A DNA stretch of 64,000 bases from Octopus sinensis (Eukaryota), in contig NC_043013.1 in the NCBI RefSeq assembly GCF_006345805.1, positions 12,834,001-12,898,000 of the forward strand, given 5' to 3'. The notes beneath the pieces are model-generated. The model saw only the letters and a program-made list of their open reading frames with translations. It was not told the origin of the DNA and did no database searches. Both the position numbers and the translations under genes were made by a program. This document shows positions 40,590-53,749 of the stretch, piece by piece (the first letter of the stretch is position 1; every line of letters begins with the position of its first letter).

Positions 40590-41232
40590 ATTCATGATGA
40601 AGGAGGTGATGGGGCCTAGTTGGAGATGGCAGAATGCCTGTAAGATCATTCAAAGAAGAGGGAGTGTGGAGGTGTTGAAAGGAGGGAAAAGGGGATACGG
40701 TTGGAAGACCGGCGTGGGAAAGGAGAGAAGGCTGTAGCGGGCACGAGTAAGGACATCTTGGATAAGGATGGCGGGGTATTCAGGACGTGTAAACAGGGGG
40801 GTAAAGTATTGAAATTGAGTCTCGATATCCTGGTTGCGGCTATACAAACGTTGGAGACAGAGGAATCGGGAGTAGGGGATGGGCAATATTTTTGTGGGAA
40901 GGGTAGGAGGAGGATAATTGAGGTAAATGTGTGAGTCCATGGGTTTGAATGGGTGGATGTGGTGAGAGTGTGTGGGTGACGAAATCGACAGAGAGAAAGA
41001 GATGTCGAGTGATAGAAAATGACAGGTAATTCAAAGGAAGGATGGAAGTTGGAGATGAAAGAAATAGAGGGAGAGCTGCTTACGAGAGAGGGAGGTAGCG
41101 CCAATGCAGTCGTGTATGTAACTACCGTATAGATCTGGGGTCTGTATGGAGAACTGTAAGAAGATTTGGGCCTCAATGTAACTGACAAATAAGTTGGCAA
41201 AATTGGGACCCATTTTCCTTCCCATGGTAAAA
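40590..41232 (-). mobile_element. Penelope-like RT fragment
   Basis: MGRKMGPNFANLFV, YIHDC (YIDD position), DSHIYLNY and IPYSRFL. Confidence 0.8.
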
Positions 41233-41239
41233 CCAGATA

Positions 41240-41241
41240 CA

Positions 41242-41315
<74 letters not shown>

Positions 41316-41332
41316 CCTATCTATCTATCTCT

Positions 41333-41421
<89 letters not shown>

Positions 41422-41452
41422 ATCTAACTATCTATCTGCCTATCTATCTATT
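41240..41452. repeat. (TATC)n microsatellite
   Basis: Seen directly. Confidence 0.95.
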
Positions 41453-41561
41453 ATGCATAAATGAATATATCTTTGGATGTATTTCCTTTGAGAGTTTTAA
41501 TTCAAATTTTATTTTCTCGCATATATATGAATATATTTTGTTTATTTTATAAGATAAGTTC

Positions 41562-41628
41562 ATGTCTAGAGAATGTGCTGTGTTACATTGTTTCGCTGTG
41601 ATTCTTTACAGTATGTGTTGTGCAAAAT
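41562..41628 (+). CDS. Candidate first coding exon (signal peptide) of the PAN/apple-domain gene
   Basis: ATG at 41562 reads MSRECAVLHCFAVILYSMCCAK (hydrophobic core). Phase-1 donor T|GTAAAT at 41628/9, with an alternative phase-1 donor A|GTATGT at 41610/1. Joined to the three downstream exons it gives an uninterrupted 753-nt frame. Confidence 0.45.
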
Positions 41629-41689
41629 GTAAATATTTTATCGTCCGGTGATTATATATGGAATGTTTTGTTGCAGAGAATGGAACCAT

Positions 41690-42280
41690 TTGAGATGTGC
41701 AACTGAATTGAAAGTGTCTTGCGTACGATGTGGGCTGAGTTTAGTTAGATTATCTTTTGGATTGAGAATAACGTTGACATGGGTTTTACGATCTTCTTTA
41801 TATTGTTATCATACTTTTATATTTTTATCATATTTTTATCATATTCAGTTATTAGTGATATCGTCTTCAAATTCATAGCTGATTCCTGATCATTTTAAAT
41901 TCATGAAACTTGAATATTTGTAGTTTCTACCCTTCTCACCGGAAATGCTTTGGCAAAAAAATAATTGAAATATCAGAGTACAGATATCATTGTTTCATTT
42001 TTTGGCAAATTATATTTGTACAGTTTTCCTTGATGTCTTTATCTGTCATTCCGCTGTTGATTGTGGTCAGGTCGTTATTATGGATTATGTTTGATGTTTT
42101 ATCACTTCATATCCGTTCGTTTCTCCAAATTACGATATATGTTCCATTGGACATATATTACTGTCTGGGAACATTATTGGTCTTGGCAAAGGAACGGATC
42201 ACCGGAAAGGATGTGGTCAACTCTCTCATTATGTTTTTCGTTGTATAATCTATGTTCCGCATACAGAAGTCAGTCCTAAA
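41690..42280 (-). mobile_element. Very decayed R4/Dong-like 3' end
   Basis: Remnants ERVDHILSG, RPD and AHIVRKTLSIQ. Confidence 0.5.
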
Positions 42281-43179
42281 AAGTTCTCCAATAAGTACGT
42301 ATTAGGCTACATTTCGCTGCGGATGTCTGATAAAACCGACACATGTCCGACGTTAACTCCAAACCTACGAAAAATTAGACTTGTTCCCCAATGTTTAGCT
42401 CTACATTATTTTTAATCAATTTCAATTTCGGAATTTCTCTAAGTTGCATCTCTTGACAATGGTTCTCAATTAACCAGATGATTGTTTTTTTGGTGTTGTT
42501 TTTTTTTTTTGCTCTTCATTATGTGTATAATTTCAATTAATTCAAATACAAAATTCACTCATTATTCCGCTCTTAACATACGCAGTACTTTCACAATCTT
42601 TTCTGAAGTGTCCAGAATGTTCTCTTCCAAGAAATACTGGTGCTTCTTATCTCGTTTGAAACAACATTTCCTTTTCTTTCTTCATCTTCACCTCCTTCGA
42701 TTTTTGTTCCTCTCTCTTTATCTCACCCTCACTCCTCCTCTCCCCCTCTCTTCTGTTCCCTCTCTTTCTATCCCTCTCAAATTAATCGATCTCCCTCATT
42801 ATTTCAATGGATAATTTTGTAGTGATGTAGTGGTGGTCATCGTCGTATTTATTTTCGATTTATGCATATAACACGTCTCTTTCCTATTCATTTCATCTTT
42901 TTTCTTTGTAAATTAACGTTAAACGTGAATATGAAATATGAAATATTTTACAAAATAAATTTTCATTGCAGTTCTCTTCTACATCTCATTGAAATTTGGA
43001 AATGGACGTGAGTAGATTTATATCAATATATAGACCTATATGTATGAAAATTATGAAATTCAAAACACAAAAATTTAAACTACATCATAAGTAAACAAAC
43101 ATAAGTTTATTTTTGAAGCGTTGAAATGTATTGTAGAAAGATATATTTTTCAACGCGTAAATACTGATAGAACAGCATA

Positions 43180-43894
43180 TCTATATATATATAAACGACA
43201 AAATGTTTGTGTGTGTGTGTGTATCCTTTATACAAATCCACAATTTTTCAGTTAGAGGGCTCGCACTTTCTATGGTTATTCAAACCCGTCCAAGGGTAGT
43301 TGTGAAGATCTTTTCATTTCCCCAGTAAACCCTGAAAGCCATTAAAAAGATCGATAAACCGACCCCTTATGTTTCAAGTAACAAAAGTCTTTAATACAAG
43401 GGACGTAACTCCAGCAGTTTAATCTAAAGATATAGCAAGGGAAATAACTCTTTAAAACTCTGCATTTCCCTCCCTTTGTTATGCATCACACTTCAATACT
43501 GTACCAGACCAATTTATTCAATTTAGAACCGGAACTGTCCCGGATTTCAGGATTTTCCAATTTCCTAGAGAATTTCTAAACGTTTGCTTAAAATCTCTAT
43601 ATCTATAAATGGCAAAATGTCAGTTTTTTGATTGGACAGAGATAATTTTACACCTGACAGTTGGATGCGCATGCGCATTTGCAGACAGTCTGTATGACTC
43701 AGCGCATTTTTGTGTTTTGCAAAGACGTGCTATCATGTGTTTTGGCTTTCAAACGTGCACGCTTTTTTGATTTGAGAAATGCAGGGAATAATTAACGAGT
43801 TAGACCAAGTGATTGACAAGAGAACAGAATTTTCATGAAAGACCAAATATGCTTGACTAGCACTAGATGCGACAACGCCGGGTCATAGTGCTAG
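43180..43894 (+). mobile_element. Non-autonomous Helitron (composite, two 5' ends)
   Basis: A|TCTATATATATATAAACGACAAAATG 5' end, and a second 5'-like TCTCTATATCTATAAATGGCAAAATG near 43594. 3' end GCGACAACGCCGGG...CTAG|T. Confidence 0.75.
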
Positions 43895-43956
43895 TATAGG
43901 ATCAAGTTCTGTTAGAGTAGAAGCATTTGTCGGCTTTAAAAGGATTTTATCCTATA

Positions 43957-45050
43957 CTAGCTAAAGTACCCATCTTTTGGGCGGTTTAAGTTGTTCTTGA
44001 ATCAGTTCGTTAACCTTGCGGCACTGCGTGTTGTCCGAGTTGTGCGCTGGTCAAGTGACTCCGTAGCTATTGCGGCAGCAGTCACGGCAGCATTCAGCGT
44101 TAACCAAAATGCACTCTCCTCTGTAGAGTCATTTGATCGCGAAGCAGCAGTAATTTACGGGTTTTTGCTCCACGGGCCGCAAGTTTTCTTGTTGAGTTTG
44201 GATGTGATGATTGCAAATTATTGAGTCTTGCGCTGTTGGTAGCTAATCTGGATAACCTAATTGTCCTCTGCTCCTCAGTTTCATTAACTCGACGCTGCTT
44301 TGCCCTGACCGCATCGGTTGACAATCTGTTAAGGTACCGTTTTTTTTTCACGGGACCAGTGGTGGTCAAAAAGACCAAAAATAGAATATTTTTAAGTCTT
44401 TGATGAATAGACCAACACTTAAATGAAATTTTCCGTAATATTGTTAACGTAACGACGTATTTTCAAGTATTAACATCATGAGCAAAACGATAATAGTGCA
44501 AAGTCAAGTGTTAAACTTAATATAGAAATAGTTTAGGAATTTTGGGTTGTGAAATATGCAAAATAATAATCTCAAGAAAACATACCTTTTATTTCAAGTT
44601 CAAAGAGTAAAAATAAATCCGAGTGAAAACAAAAATTTTACGATTTCAAAGTGAGTTGTTATTGTTGCCATCTTGTAGAACTGAACAACTTGTATACAGG
44701 AAGTCATCAATTTTTTGCATACATATGATAATTATTGTATCTTAAGATAGATTCGCATCGATGCACTTGTTAAATCGATTCATGCGATCGATAGCGCAGA
44801 AGGTAGAATCACAAAAGCATTGTACAAATGAAAGAAAATATAAGTTGTCATAAATTATGAGAACAAAAGTTTTTAAATAGAACCCAACTTGTCGGAAACC
44901 AAAGCACTGAAAAACAATGAAAATCTGAAGCAAAAAATTAAAGACTATAGCTAGAAATTAAATTTGTAAGCCCTATAACTCCAACAGACGGCCTAAATAT
45001 AAGTAGCAGAGAAATTTGTTGGCTCTAGAAGGATTTTATCCTATATATAT
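43957..45050 (-). mobile_element. Internally deleted Helitron
   Basis: 3' end CCGCCCAAAAGATGGG...CTAG|T. N-terminal remnant RAKQRRVNETEEQRTIRL. 5' terminus TATATATAGGATAAAATCC near 45050. Confidence 0.7.
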
Positions 45051-45542
45051 GGCTCTGTCAGCATTTACTCGTTGAAAAATATATCTTTCTACTTGTTCTG
45101 CAAAAATTTAATTTATAAGTTCAGTGTAGGAAAATATTTTCCTTCTCAAAGTAAATTAGTAGACTCAAGACGAAACTCGTATTATGACGAGTTCAATTCT
45201 TAACTTAATTTCCATTCGTTATAATTCTTTTTTTTTTTTTTTTGTCAGCTTGTATTTTGTTAGATTTGACTAAGTGCTGACATTTGGACAAACTTTACAA
45301 CAGGCAACCGTTAAACATTATAGGATATAACGTGTGAATCATTTAAATATGACAATTAATTAAACAACTTGAAAAATTCATTCGCAGTCATTTTCATTAA
45401 ACAGATAATATATTCCAACTGTTAAAATACCAATATTGATCCTCAAACATTTAATATTCTATTTCTTTATATTATCTATTTTGACAATCTTTTACTTTCG
45501 TCTTCGTATTTTGGTTGTTTAATTTGCCTGGCTTTGTTACAG

Positions 45543-45800
45543 TTGAATATCTGACGCATTTTATGAAAGTACCAAAATGTGATCTGAAAGATGCTAAAAC
45601 ATTGATGACACTTGATGTGGATGCCTCCAGCTGTTCGAAGAATTGTTTTGAAACATCTGCATGCAAATCCTTCGTGAGCAGAACGATAAGTCCAAGCTGT
45701 ATTTTATACGAAGATGACTCAACAGAGAAAATGTTAATAGACGTACTTCATACCGATTTTTATCAGCTGAGAAGATCTGTGCCGACCGAGTATAGAGACG
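45543..45800 (+). CDS. PAN/apple domain exon 1
   Basis: Acceptor ttgttacAG and donor G|GTAAAC bound a 258-nt phase 1-1 exon with no stops. It encodes CSKNC-FETSA-C-x11-CIL, the CxxxC-x5-C-x11-CxL PAN core. Confidence 0.8.
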
Positions 45801-46180
45801 GTAAACAAATTTGAATCTTCTGGGTTTATTTCATTCCTTGACTTGTATTCTATGTTTTAGTCCAAAGAGAGACAATACACAGAGAATATTCTCAATATAT
45901 TTGATGATAAAAATAACACATGTCCGGTGTGTAATATTTGTGTGTAGATGACATCAGTTTGTGAGGGAGATGAAAAGACATCTTATAATAAAACAGGATA
46001 TGATAAGAGTTTTTAAAATTACGCACAATAATTACACAAGATGCTTAACTGAATGTGTCAAGACAGATTTTTTAAAAATATAAATCAAAGAAAATGGGAA
46101 AAAAATTAGTGTAACTTATTCACAAATGAATGAAAACCCTAAAACTGGATCAAATCAGAATTGCCCACAATCCTGATTAA

Positions 46181-46249
46181 CTCTCTCTCTCTCTCTCTCT
46201 ATTTATCTCTCTCTTTATCTCTTTTTCTCTTTGTCTTACTCTGTGTCTT

Positions 46250-46285
<36 letters not shown>

Positions 46286-46365
46286 TCTCTTTCTTTCTCT
46301 TTCTCTCTCCCTCACTCATTCCCTCTCTCCCTCTCCCCCCTCTCTCCTTCACACTTCTCTTTCTT
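46181..46365. repeat. (CT)n polypyrimidine tract
   Basis: Seen directly. Confidence 0.9.
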
Positions 46366-46439
46366 TTCTATATCTGTCATTCATGTCCAAAGTGCCCCAG
46401 AAAGATTTACCCATGTGTAAACCTCTTTCTAAAAAATAT

Positions 46440-47445
46440 CGGTTCAGGTAGCATCTACATTTAACGTAAATATTTGCTTATGTCTTTTGTTCGTGTGTCT
46501 ATTGTTTCGTTCGTCTAACACTAGTTTGCAAACAAACATGGCGTCGAAAGCAAAAAATGACCAGATTGTCGCTTTGAGAGCAGCTAGAGTGAACAACGAT
46601 AACATAACAAAACAGCTGAATGTGTGTTGTAAAACAGTGTTCAATACCTGGAAACAATATATGGAGTCCGCTACAATCTCTAGCAAGCCAATTCCTAGTA
46701 GGAAGCGAACAATTGAAATATTGAAGCTGTGAAGAAACGAATGAACGGAAATCCACGCAGGATGCAAGAAAAGCTGCTAAAGCTCTTGGTATTTCGAAAT
46801 CGTTAATGCACAGGATTTTTAAAGAGGATTTAAAACTTGCTGCATAAAAGAAACAATCCAAGCGGTCAATTTCAGCAACTTCGACAGGGGTCAAACTATG
46901 TTAGCTGAGGTGAAGCGTGCCACTAACAAAGTGTTGATATAGTCCGATGAGAAAATATTCACCGTGGAGGCAGTTTCCAATAGAATGAGAGACTTTATGC
47001 ACATAATGCAGGGGATTTGCCCGACGGTAACAGGTTTCATATACGCCATCAGAAGCCAGCTTCTCTCATACTGTGAGTTACAGATGCATCAGATGGGTCC
47101 AAGCCTCTATTGATCTTCATCTATTCTGGCTGTCAAGGTCAACTCTGAAGTTTATGTGGAAATGTTGTTTGAGATAGTGTTACCCTGGATCACAGAAACC
47201 TTTGGTGGCCGTTACACCTTCACTCTAGACGGGGCTCCGGCCCACACATCCAATTTGACACAGAGGTGATGTAAAGAGTATTTCAACGGTTTGGAGATAA
47301 GACAATATGGCATCTCTGAAGTCTAGACATCAATTCCATGGACTTTGCAATCTGGGGCATCTGAAAGAGTAATGTTTCTGCATGTTCCTATTCAAATGTG
47401 TCAGAACTCAAGAGAGCCCTTCTATCTTTATGGGTCAATTTCTTA
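46440..47445 (+). mobile_element. Tc1/mariner transposase pseudogene, DD37D (maT-like)
   Basis: SDEKIFTVE, DGAPAHTS and DINSMDFAIWG. About 37 residues lie between the second and third Asp after correcting one frameshift. The HTH N-terminus starts at ATG 46538. Confidence 0.8.
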
Positions 47446-48373
47446 ATTGTTTTTTTCATTTCTGTACATATCATTATGTCTTCTTGGGCTTCTATATTTC
47501 TTAACGTATCTTGGATTTCATGCAGCCACTCGCTTCATCATTGAACATTTACCTGATTATTCTGGCCTTGCCAAGGAGGTAAACCTTTTGTTACAGTTCT
47601 ACTGAACCCTCTTTCCGATTTCCTTTATATTTCTCATGAAGCCTTCTGATGCTGTCCCCAGTACTAATTAAGAAATACCCCCTTACCCATAGTTTATATT
47701 TATATACAGATAGAATAGTTAGTGGGTAGTTATGTAGATGTATGTATGTGTGTGCATGTGTGTATATGTTTATACACATGCATGTAGGCAAATGGATATG
47801 AAAGTAAACAGATAGATATACAGACGGATAGGTTCATAGGTAATATGAACAGACAAGCACACACACACACATACGCGAATGAAGAATGAAACCCACGACC
47901 ATATACACACACATTTCACTTCACACAAAGACACATATGGATACACATGTTCACACATATGGAGAAACATCCATACATACAGGCACAGTACATACTCTCA
48001 AAAACCCATACACACACAGATATACTAGACAAGCACACACAAGGAGACAGAAGTACACACACAAAAACACACAATCACATGAATATGCAGAATACATACA
48101 TACAAAATGTACACACATAGATACATATATACAAACGCACACACAGAGACATACATGCATACACACATATGCATGCATTGTTATTATTTTTGTTGTTGTT
48201 GTTGTTGTTGTTATTATAATCATCATCTCTTTACACAATATCGATATCTATTAATTATTTCTCATTAATCTAAAATAGAAAAACTATTCACTGTAAAATA
48301 GTACCCACCACCACTACCACCATCACGGACAACTACAAAAAACAACATTGATTTATCTATTTTCTTTTTACAG

Positions 48374-48604
48374 GCAGATGTCCTTTAGAGTTTATTTACA
48401 ATGCAGCTCTATTTCTTAACAATGATTTGGGTAACTATTTTGTTTCTAATTACACACAATGTCTGTTTGATTGCGAAGTAAATTCAAACTGTAAAACGGC
48501 TGAGTATAATTTTCGCGAGAGAAGATGCGTCTTGTCAAGTAAAGATCATACAACTGTTAAATTGTATTTTTCCAAGGATTACAGTTACACCAACATAAAC
48601 AGAG
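48374..48604 (+). CDS. PAN/apple domain exon 2
   Basis: Polypyrimidine tract with ttacAG and donor G|GTAAGG bound a 231-nt phase 1-1 exon. It encodes CLFDC-EVNSN-C-KTAEYNFRERR-CVL, in frame with the previous exon. Confidence 0.85.
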
Positions 48605-49044
48605 GTAAGGGCGCCATTTTCTTGTTCTTTTATTTATTTTTTTTTTTTTAATTATACGCTCTCATTTGGACAAGACTTAGGCACCACCTTCAAAAATGTG
48701 TTAGTCTGTTAAACTGAGCCCAGGACATTGATTTATTTGGCTCTATCGATTGGTTAAGTCCAACGTCATATGAAGGCACGGACTCAATACCTAATTAGAT
48801 AGATAATACATACATGCATGCATACAAGAATATATACATACATATATGCACGCACACATGCATGCATACATGCATACATACATGCATGTATCATGTATGC
48901 ATACATACATGGATGCACGCTTGCATACATACATGCATGCATCCATGTATGAATGCATACACACGTACATGCATGCATACACGCATCCATATATAGATGC
49001 ATACATGTATACACACACACGCACAAGCTCACACGTACAAATAA

Positions 49045-49720
49045 CTACTAAATACCTGATGATCAAGACAGAGGTGTGGGACAAAGATACCACTAAACCT
49101 CCATGCCGTGATGGAAAATGTCGGCTCTGCTATACCAGTGTGGAAGATATCACCCATATCATCAGTAGTTGCGACAAAATGCCTACGAGATTCTACCTGA
49201 CCCTGAGGCATGATATAATTGCAAAGACTATTTACAATGCAATGCTACCCATAGGAAGGACTGCTCAGACGTATACATCAAAGCCATCTTAGAACCAGCA
49301 AGTAATCAGACCTTTTGAAAGCAAGGAATACCTGGTGGAACTCCCCCCAAAAACAAACGTCAATTCGGTGCAAATATAGCAGACCTGATATTGTTCTGTG
49401 GTACAGGGGAAAAAGTCATGCACTATTGCAGGGGTCAGCTGACTAGCGGATGTGTATGTACAATCAAAAGTCTTAGGAAGATAGAACATTTAAGGCAAAC
49501 TTACAGCTCTTGTACCCTGACCATAAAGTTTCATTTGCACCTATCATCATAAGTGCATCAGATTATGTACCAACAAATTTGCACATTTGCAGAAAAACCT
49601 ATAAATACTCGGTTTCACAGAGAAAGAGCAAAAGAAAAACTGATGCAGATTGTCCAAATCCAATCTTTTAGTGGCACAGTGAAGATTTGTAAAACATTCT
49701 CAAACTACTCCATCTGTGAT
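49045..49720 (+). mobile_element. R4/Dong-like LINE 3' part
   Basis: DGKCRLC..VEDITHIISSC..RHDIIAK zinc knuckle, plus an RPD endonuclease remnant. Confidence 0.75.
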
Positions 49721-50705
49721 TCTTATGTGAATAGATGCACACGATTGAGTGTATGCATCGACAGTGCCACCAACACACCAACGCAACCACATATTTGCAA
49801 TCAGCGGGAACTCTTAACTCAAAAAATCTTGTCACTTTCTTACCTACTGTATGATTATTGCATTCAGATGGCGGGAAGTTTCTCCAAATGGCTTCTTGCA
49901 TTGAAATACAATTTGAAACAGCGAAGTGTGTACAGACACAAAAGTATGCTTCAAACTGCTGACATACCAATTCTTTCAATAGAACCTGTCTTGAAGTTCA
50001 AGAACCAAGTCAGATGTTGTGCCTGGGGAGACACTATTACCTTTACAACCCTGTCTCTTTGAATTATCATCAAAACCCAGCAGCAACCGGGTTCTTTATT
50101 GGAAAGTGGTGGAGTGAAGCGATCTTGTGCCAAACTTTCCTAAAGAAAGGGACTTCATCATCTTTAAAGCACTGCATTAATCCCCCAACAATGATGATGC
50201 TGGCTGCTAAAGGAAAATCAATGTTACATTTACTGATGTTCTACAAGACAATACATGGATTCCTCGGTAATGATAAGAAGCCGTTTTAGGGACTCTGATG
50301 GATCGGCAAGAACGGGGGTGGGGATTAACTTTTCTATTGGAACCGAAAATTGTAAATGTCTTGCTTCTATTTATTCCACTTGACACAAATTTTGGACATA
50401 GTGCCAATTGAAAATATTTTTTTCAGAAACATAGACATATCCAATATCATAGTTAAAGACAGCTCTTTTCCACAGCTCATACGTATATGGTGGAGATCTA
50501 TCCTCTGTTTGTCTTTCTCTTTGTTCATTTGATAACAGTCGATTTCTTCTTTGTTGTTTTTTTTTAATTTCTGGAGGAGTAACTTCAATCCTATAAATAT
50601 CACCAAAATGAAGTAGTTTGACAATTTATTGTTGAACCTGTGGAAGACACACGAGATATCTAAATATTATTCATTTGATAACAATCGCAATCTTCTTTGT
50701 TGTTT

Positions 50706-50751
50706 CTATCATTATTATTATCATCATCATCATCATCATCATCATCATTGC

Positions 50752-50817
<66 letters not shown>

Positions 50818-51006
50818 CATCATCATCATCATTCTATGTTTGACTTTTGCTTTACATTTGTACAGGTTGGCTCCAAGTCTCACCCAGAGACCTCAAGAGA
50901 CAACAAGTTGGAAGTTCATGTTGGTGTTATGCCTAGGGTGCCATATATTTGGTTTTGTACTTAGTCTTGTACTAATGAATGTATAAAAAACCATACGAAA
51001 ATGATG

Positions 51007-51063
<57 letters not shown>

Positions 51064-51192
51064 TTTTTTTTTTATTATTGTCATTATTAATATTGTTGTT
51101 GTTGTTGTTTCCTTTTTCATTATCTCGTTTGAACAAATATTAAAAGGGGAAACGAATTCCCCTGGAAAATTCCTCTTTTGATATTAACTTTC

Positions 51193-51246
<54 letters not shown>

Positions 51247-51376
51247 CATTATTATTTTTTATTATTGTCATTATTAATATTGTTGTTGTTGTTTCCTTTT
51301 TCATTATCTCGTTTGAACAAATATTAAAAGGGGAAACGAATTCCCCTGGAAAATTCCTCTGTTGATATTAACTTTC

Positions 51377-51440
<64 letters not shown>
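50706..51440. repeat. (ATT/ATC)n tracts, a Dong 3' UTR (50850-51010, minus strand) and a tandem duplication of about 185 bp
   Basis: 51070-51197 and 51258-51382 are nearly identical. Confidence 0.8.
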
Positions 51441-51499
51441 TACTTTTAATCTGTATGTTTGTTACAATCACTTGCCGAGACGCACCCAGAATCATAGGG

Positions 51500-51777
51500 T
51501 GAGTGAAGGATAAAAGATGTTACAGTATGACTGAAAGCTTGGGGAGGGGAAGTGGCAGGGACAGTAGCGAAATATATTCATGTAATACAACACAGACATC
51601 TAAATGGACAGGGTTCTTCTAAGGATGTGGGCACTATTTGTCAGTGCACTATTTTGGGTTTCTCTGAGACATGGTTCTCCTGGGATGTTATCTAGATGTT
51701 CCTACATCCCTTTCTTATCATACTGTAATAAGAGGAACAGTTCTCGTTTTAACACGCCACATCTTTAATATTTTAAT
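51500..51777 (-). mobile_element. R4/Dong-like 3' end
   Basis: KMWRVKTRTVP...IPGEP...AHILRRTLSI*. Confidence 0.7.
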
Positions 51778-51958
51778 TTGCTGTAATTTAGCCCCAGGTG
51801 ACATAGTCTCCAGGTAGCTATACGACACGATCTGTGTCCTTATATTTTCGAACAAGGGAGACTAGCATCCCCATTCAGCTCAAAACAATATCTGTGTATC
51901 GCGATTTCCGGGTTATTTAGCTTCATCGGCACAGAATAATGGGGCTAAATCACAGCAA
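51778..51958 (-). mobile_element. 181-bp element with 18-bp inverted termini containing a hammerhead motif
   Basis: TTGCTGTAATTTAGCCCC (51778-51795) versus GGGGCTAAATCACAGCAA (51941-51958), one mismatch. Confidence 0.65.
51891..51935 (-). ncRNA. Type-I hammerhead-like motif
   Basis: TCTGTG-CCGATGA-AGCTAAATAACCCG-GAAA-TCGCGA-TA-CACAGA. Perfect 6-bp stem I and palindromic stem III, with a U4C core change and a decayed stem II. Confidence 0.6.
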
Positions 51959-52184
51959 CATTCGTTCCAAACCGGGACTGCCATGTTATGTTGCCAAATA
52001 ATCTTTACTTGATATTTTATTGGTTGAACGATATTTCGATAGCAAGCCTGTCTTTGTCGACTTCAGAATGAAAAGTGATAAAAATTCAAAATTATTGAAA
52101 ATCAAATCCCAAATCCTTGACTCAGGAGTGGACTCAACACTGGGGTCTAGGGAAGGTAACAGAGTTCCTAAGCCACCTGTAAGA

Positions 52185-52350
52185 ATGAGTGAGAGAGCAG
52201 TGCATGCCATCAAAGTGACACTGGGATAAAATATATGAAACCCAGTATACTCATCATGAATACCCGACAGATAAGGGTACACGGGGCACATGCATCACAA
52301 CCATATGTGCGCTACATGGTGATCTCATATCAAGATAAAAAGAGCATGAC
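52185..52350 (-). mobile_element. Partial copy of the (AAT)n-terminated repeat
   Basis: Reverse complement of about 23095-23262. Confidence 0.75.
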
Positions 52351-52815
52351 CTTGAGGTGCAGACTCCATACTGACGCTCTTGAGTATTTATAATGCAATC
52401 TATCTGTGTGTGTGAGTATGTGTGTGCGTGCGTGCGTGTGTGTTTTCAGTGTTTGTTGCTTTTCATGTTCATGTTCATGTTATAAGGCTTAATTGAGCAG
52501 ACCTATGATGAAATGATGAAAAGGCTAAATAGCCACGGTATATTCAGGTCGTGACCATCCAGTCATTTTCCTCTTTGTACAAGGATTCCAGGAGCACATT
52601 ATCCAACGTGAACACTTTGAGTTCTATAAAGTTGTGGATTTGAGGGTGATTTGGTTGCTATTTCTAGGATAATAGAGATCTCTTGAATTAACTTATTCTA
52701 GAAGAATAAATTGATACGCTGCTTCTTACTGCAAATTCCCTTCCAAAATTTCGTTGTTTTTTAGGTGATGCCAACAGAAGGGATTCACCATCGAAGACTT
52801 AATCCACACACACAG

Positions 52816-52867
<52 letters not shown>

Positions 52868-53140
52868 CCGCACACACATATAACTCTCACATATACACAT
52901 ATGTAGTTTGCAACTGATGTACCAGCAAGCACAAGAACTCGAGAAGTCTGCTGAAGCCACAACTTCCAGCAGGAAGTTAGGAGAGAGAAATCGTGCTTAA
53001 CTGTAACTGGTGTTACTATTAACAGTGTTAATATTGGTGTTATTTTGTTAAGGTTCTTTCTACAGAAATTATAGCCAGAACGGAGTTTTTAATACAACCT
53101 TTCGTATCGAAACATCAGATGTAAACAATGAGATCGGAGA

Positions 53141-53460
53141 AAAATATGGGTAGAACGTGATTCTGATTTATAAAAATATGGGTAGAAGGTGATGCTGACT
53201 CATAAGAATATGGGTAGAACGTGAGACTGACTCGTAGAAATCTGGGTAGAACGTGAGACTGACTCATAAAAATATGGGTAGAATGTGATGCTGACTCATA
53301 AGAATATGGGTAGAATGTGATGCTGACTCGTAGAAATATGGGTAGAACGTGATGCTGACTCATAAAAATATGGGTAGAACGTGATACTGACTCATAAGAA
53401 TATGGGTAAAATGTGATGCTGGCATCATAAAAATATGGGTAGAACGTGATGCTAACTCAC
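53141..53460. repeat. 32-bp minisatellite, 10 copies
   Basis: Consensus AAAATATGGGTAGAACGTGATGCTGACTCATA; the first two units start at 53141 and 53173. Confidence 0.95.
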
Positions 53461-53749
53461 ACAAACGTTTAATGTATTTTGTAATATATTATGGTTTCAT
53501 GACTAAATACGACGTGCCTACAAATCATTAATGGTAACCAGTGTGACATATTTTCTTCCTCTTATCAAAAGTCCTGTGATCTTTCATGATTATTAATCCT
53601 TCGCATTTGATAAAGTTTTAAAAAAGAAATTAACATAAACATAACTAATAACACAATCTACACTCTCTCTCTCCCCCTCCCCACCCTCTTTTAATAAAAA
53701 TCATAAAAATGAATCCTCTGGGAGTTTTTTCTATGATATACATTACATG

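Noticed and set aside
53141-53460. CRISPR-like periodic array
   Set aside because: The units are contiguous with no unique spacers, there are no cas genes and the context is eukaryotic; it is a minisatellite.
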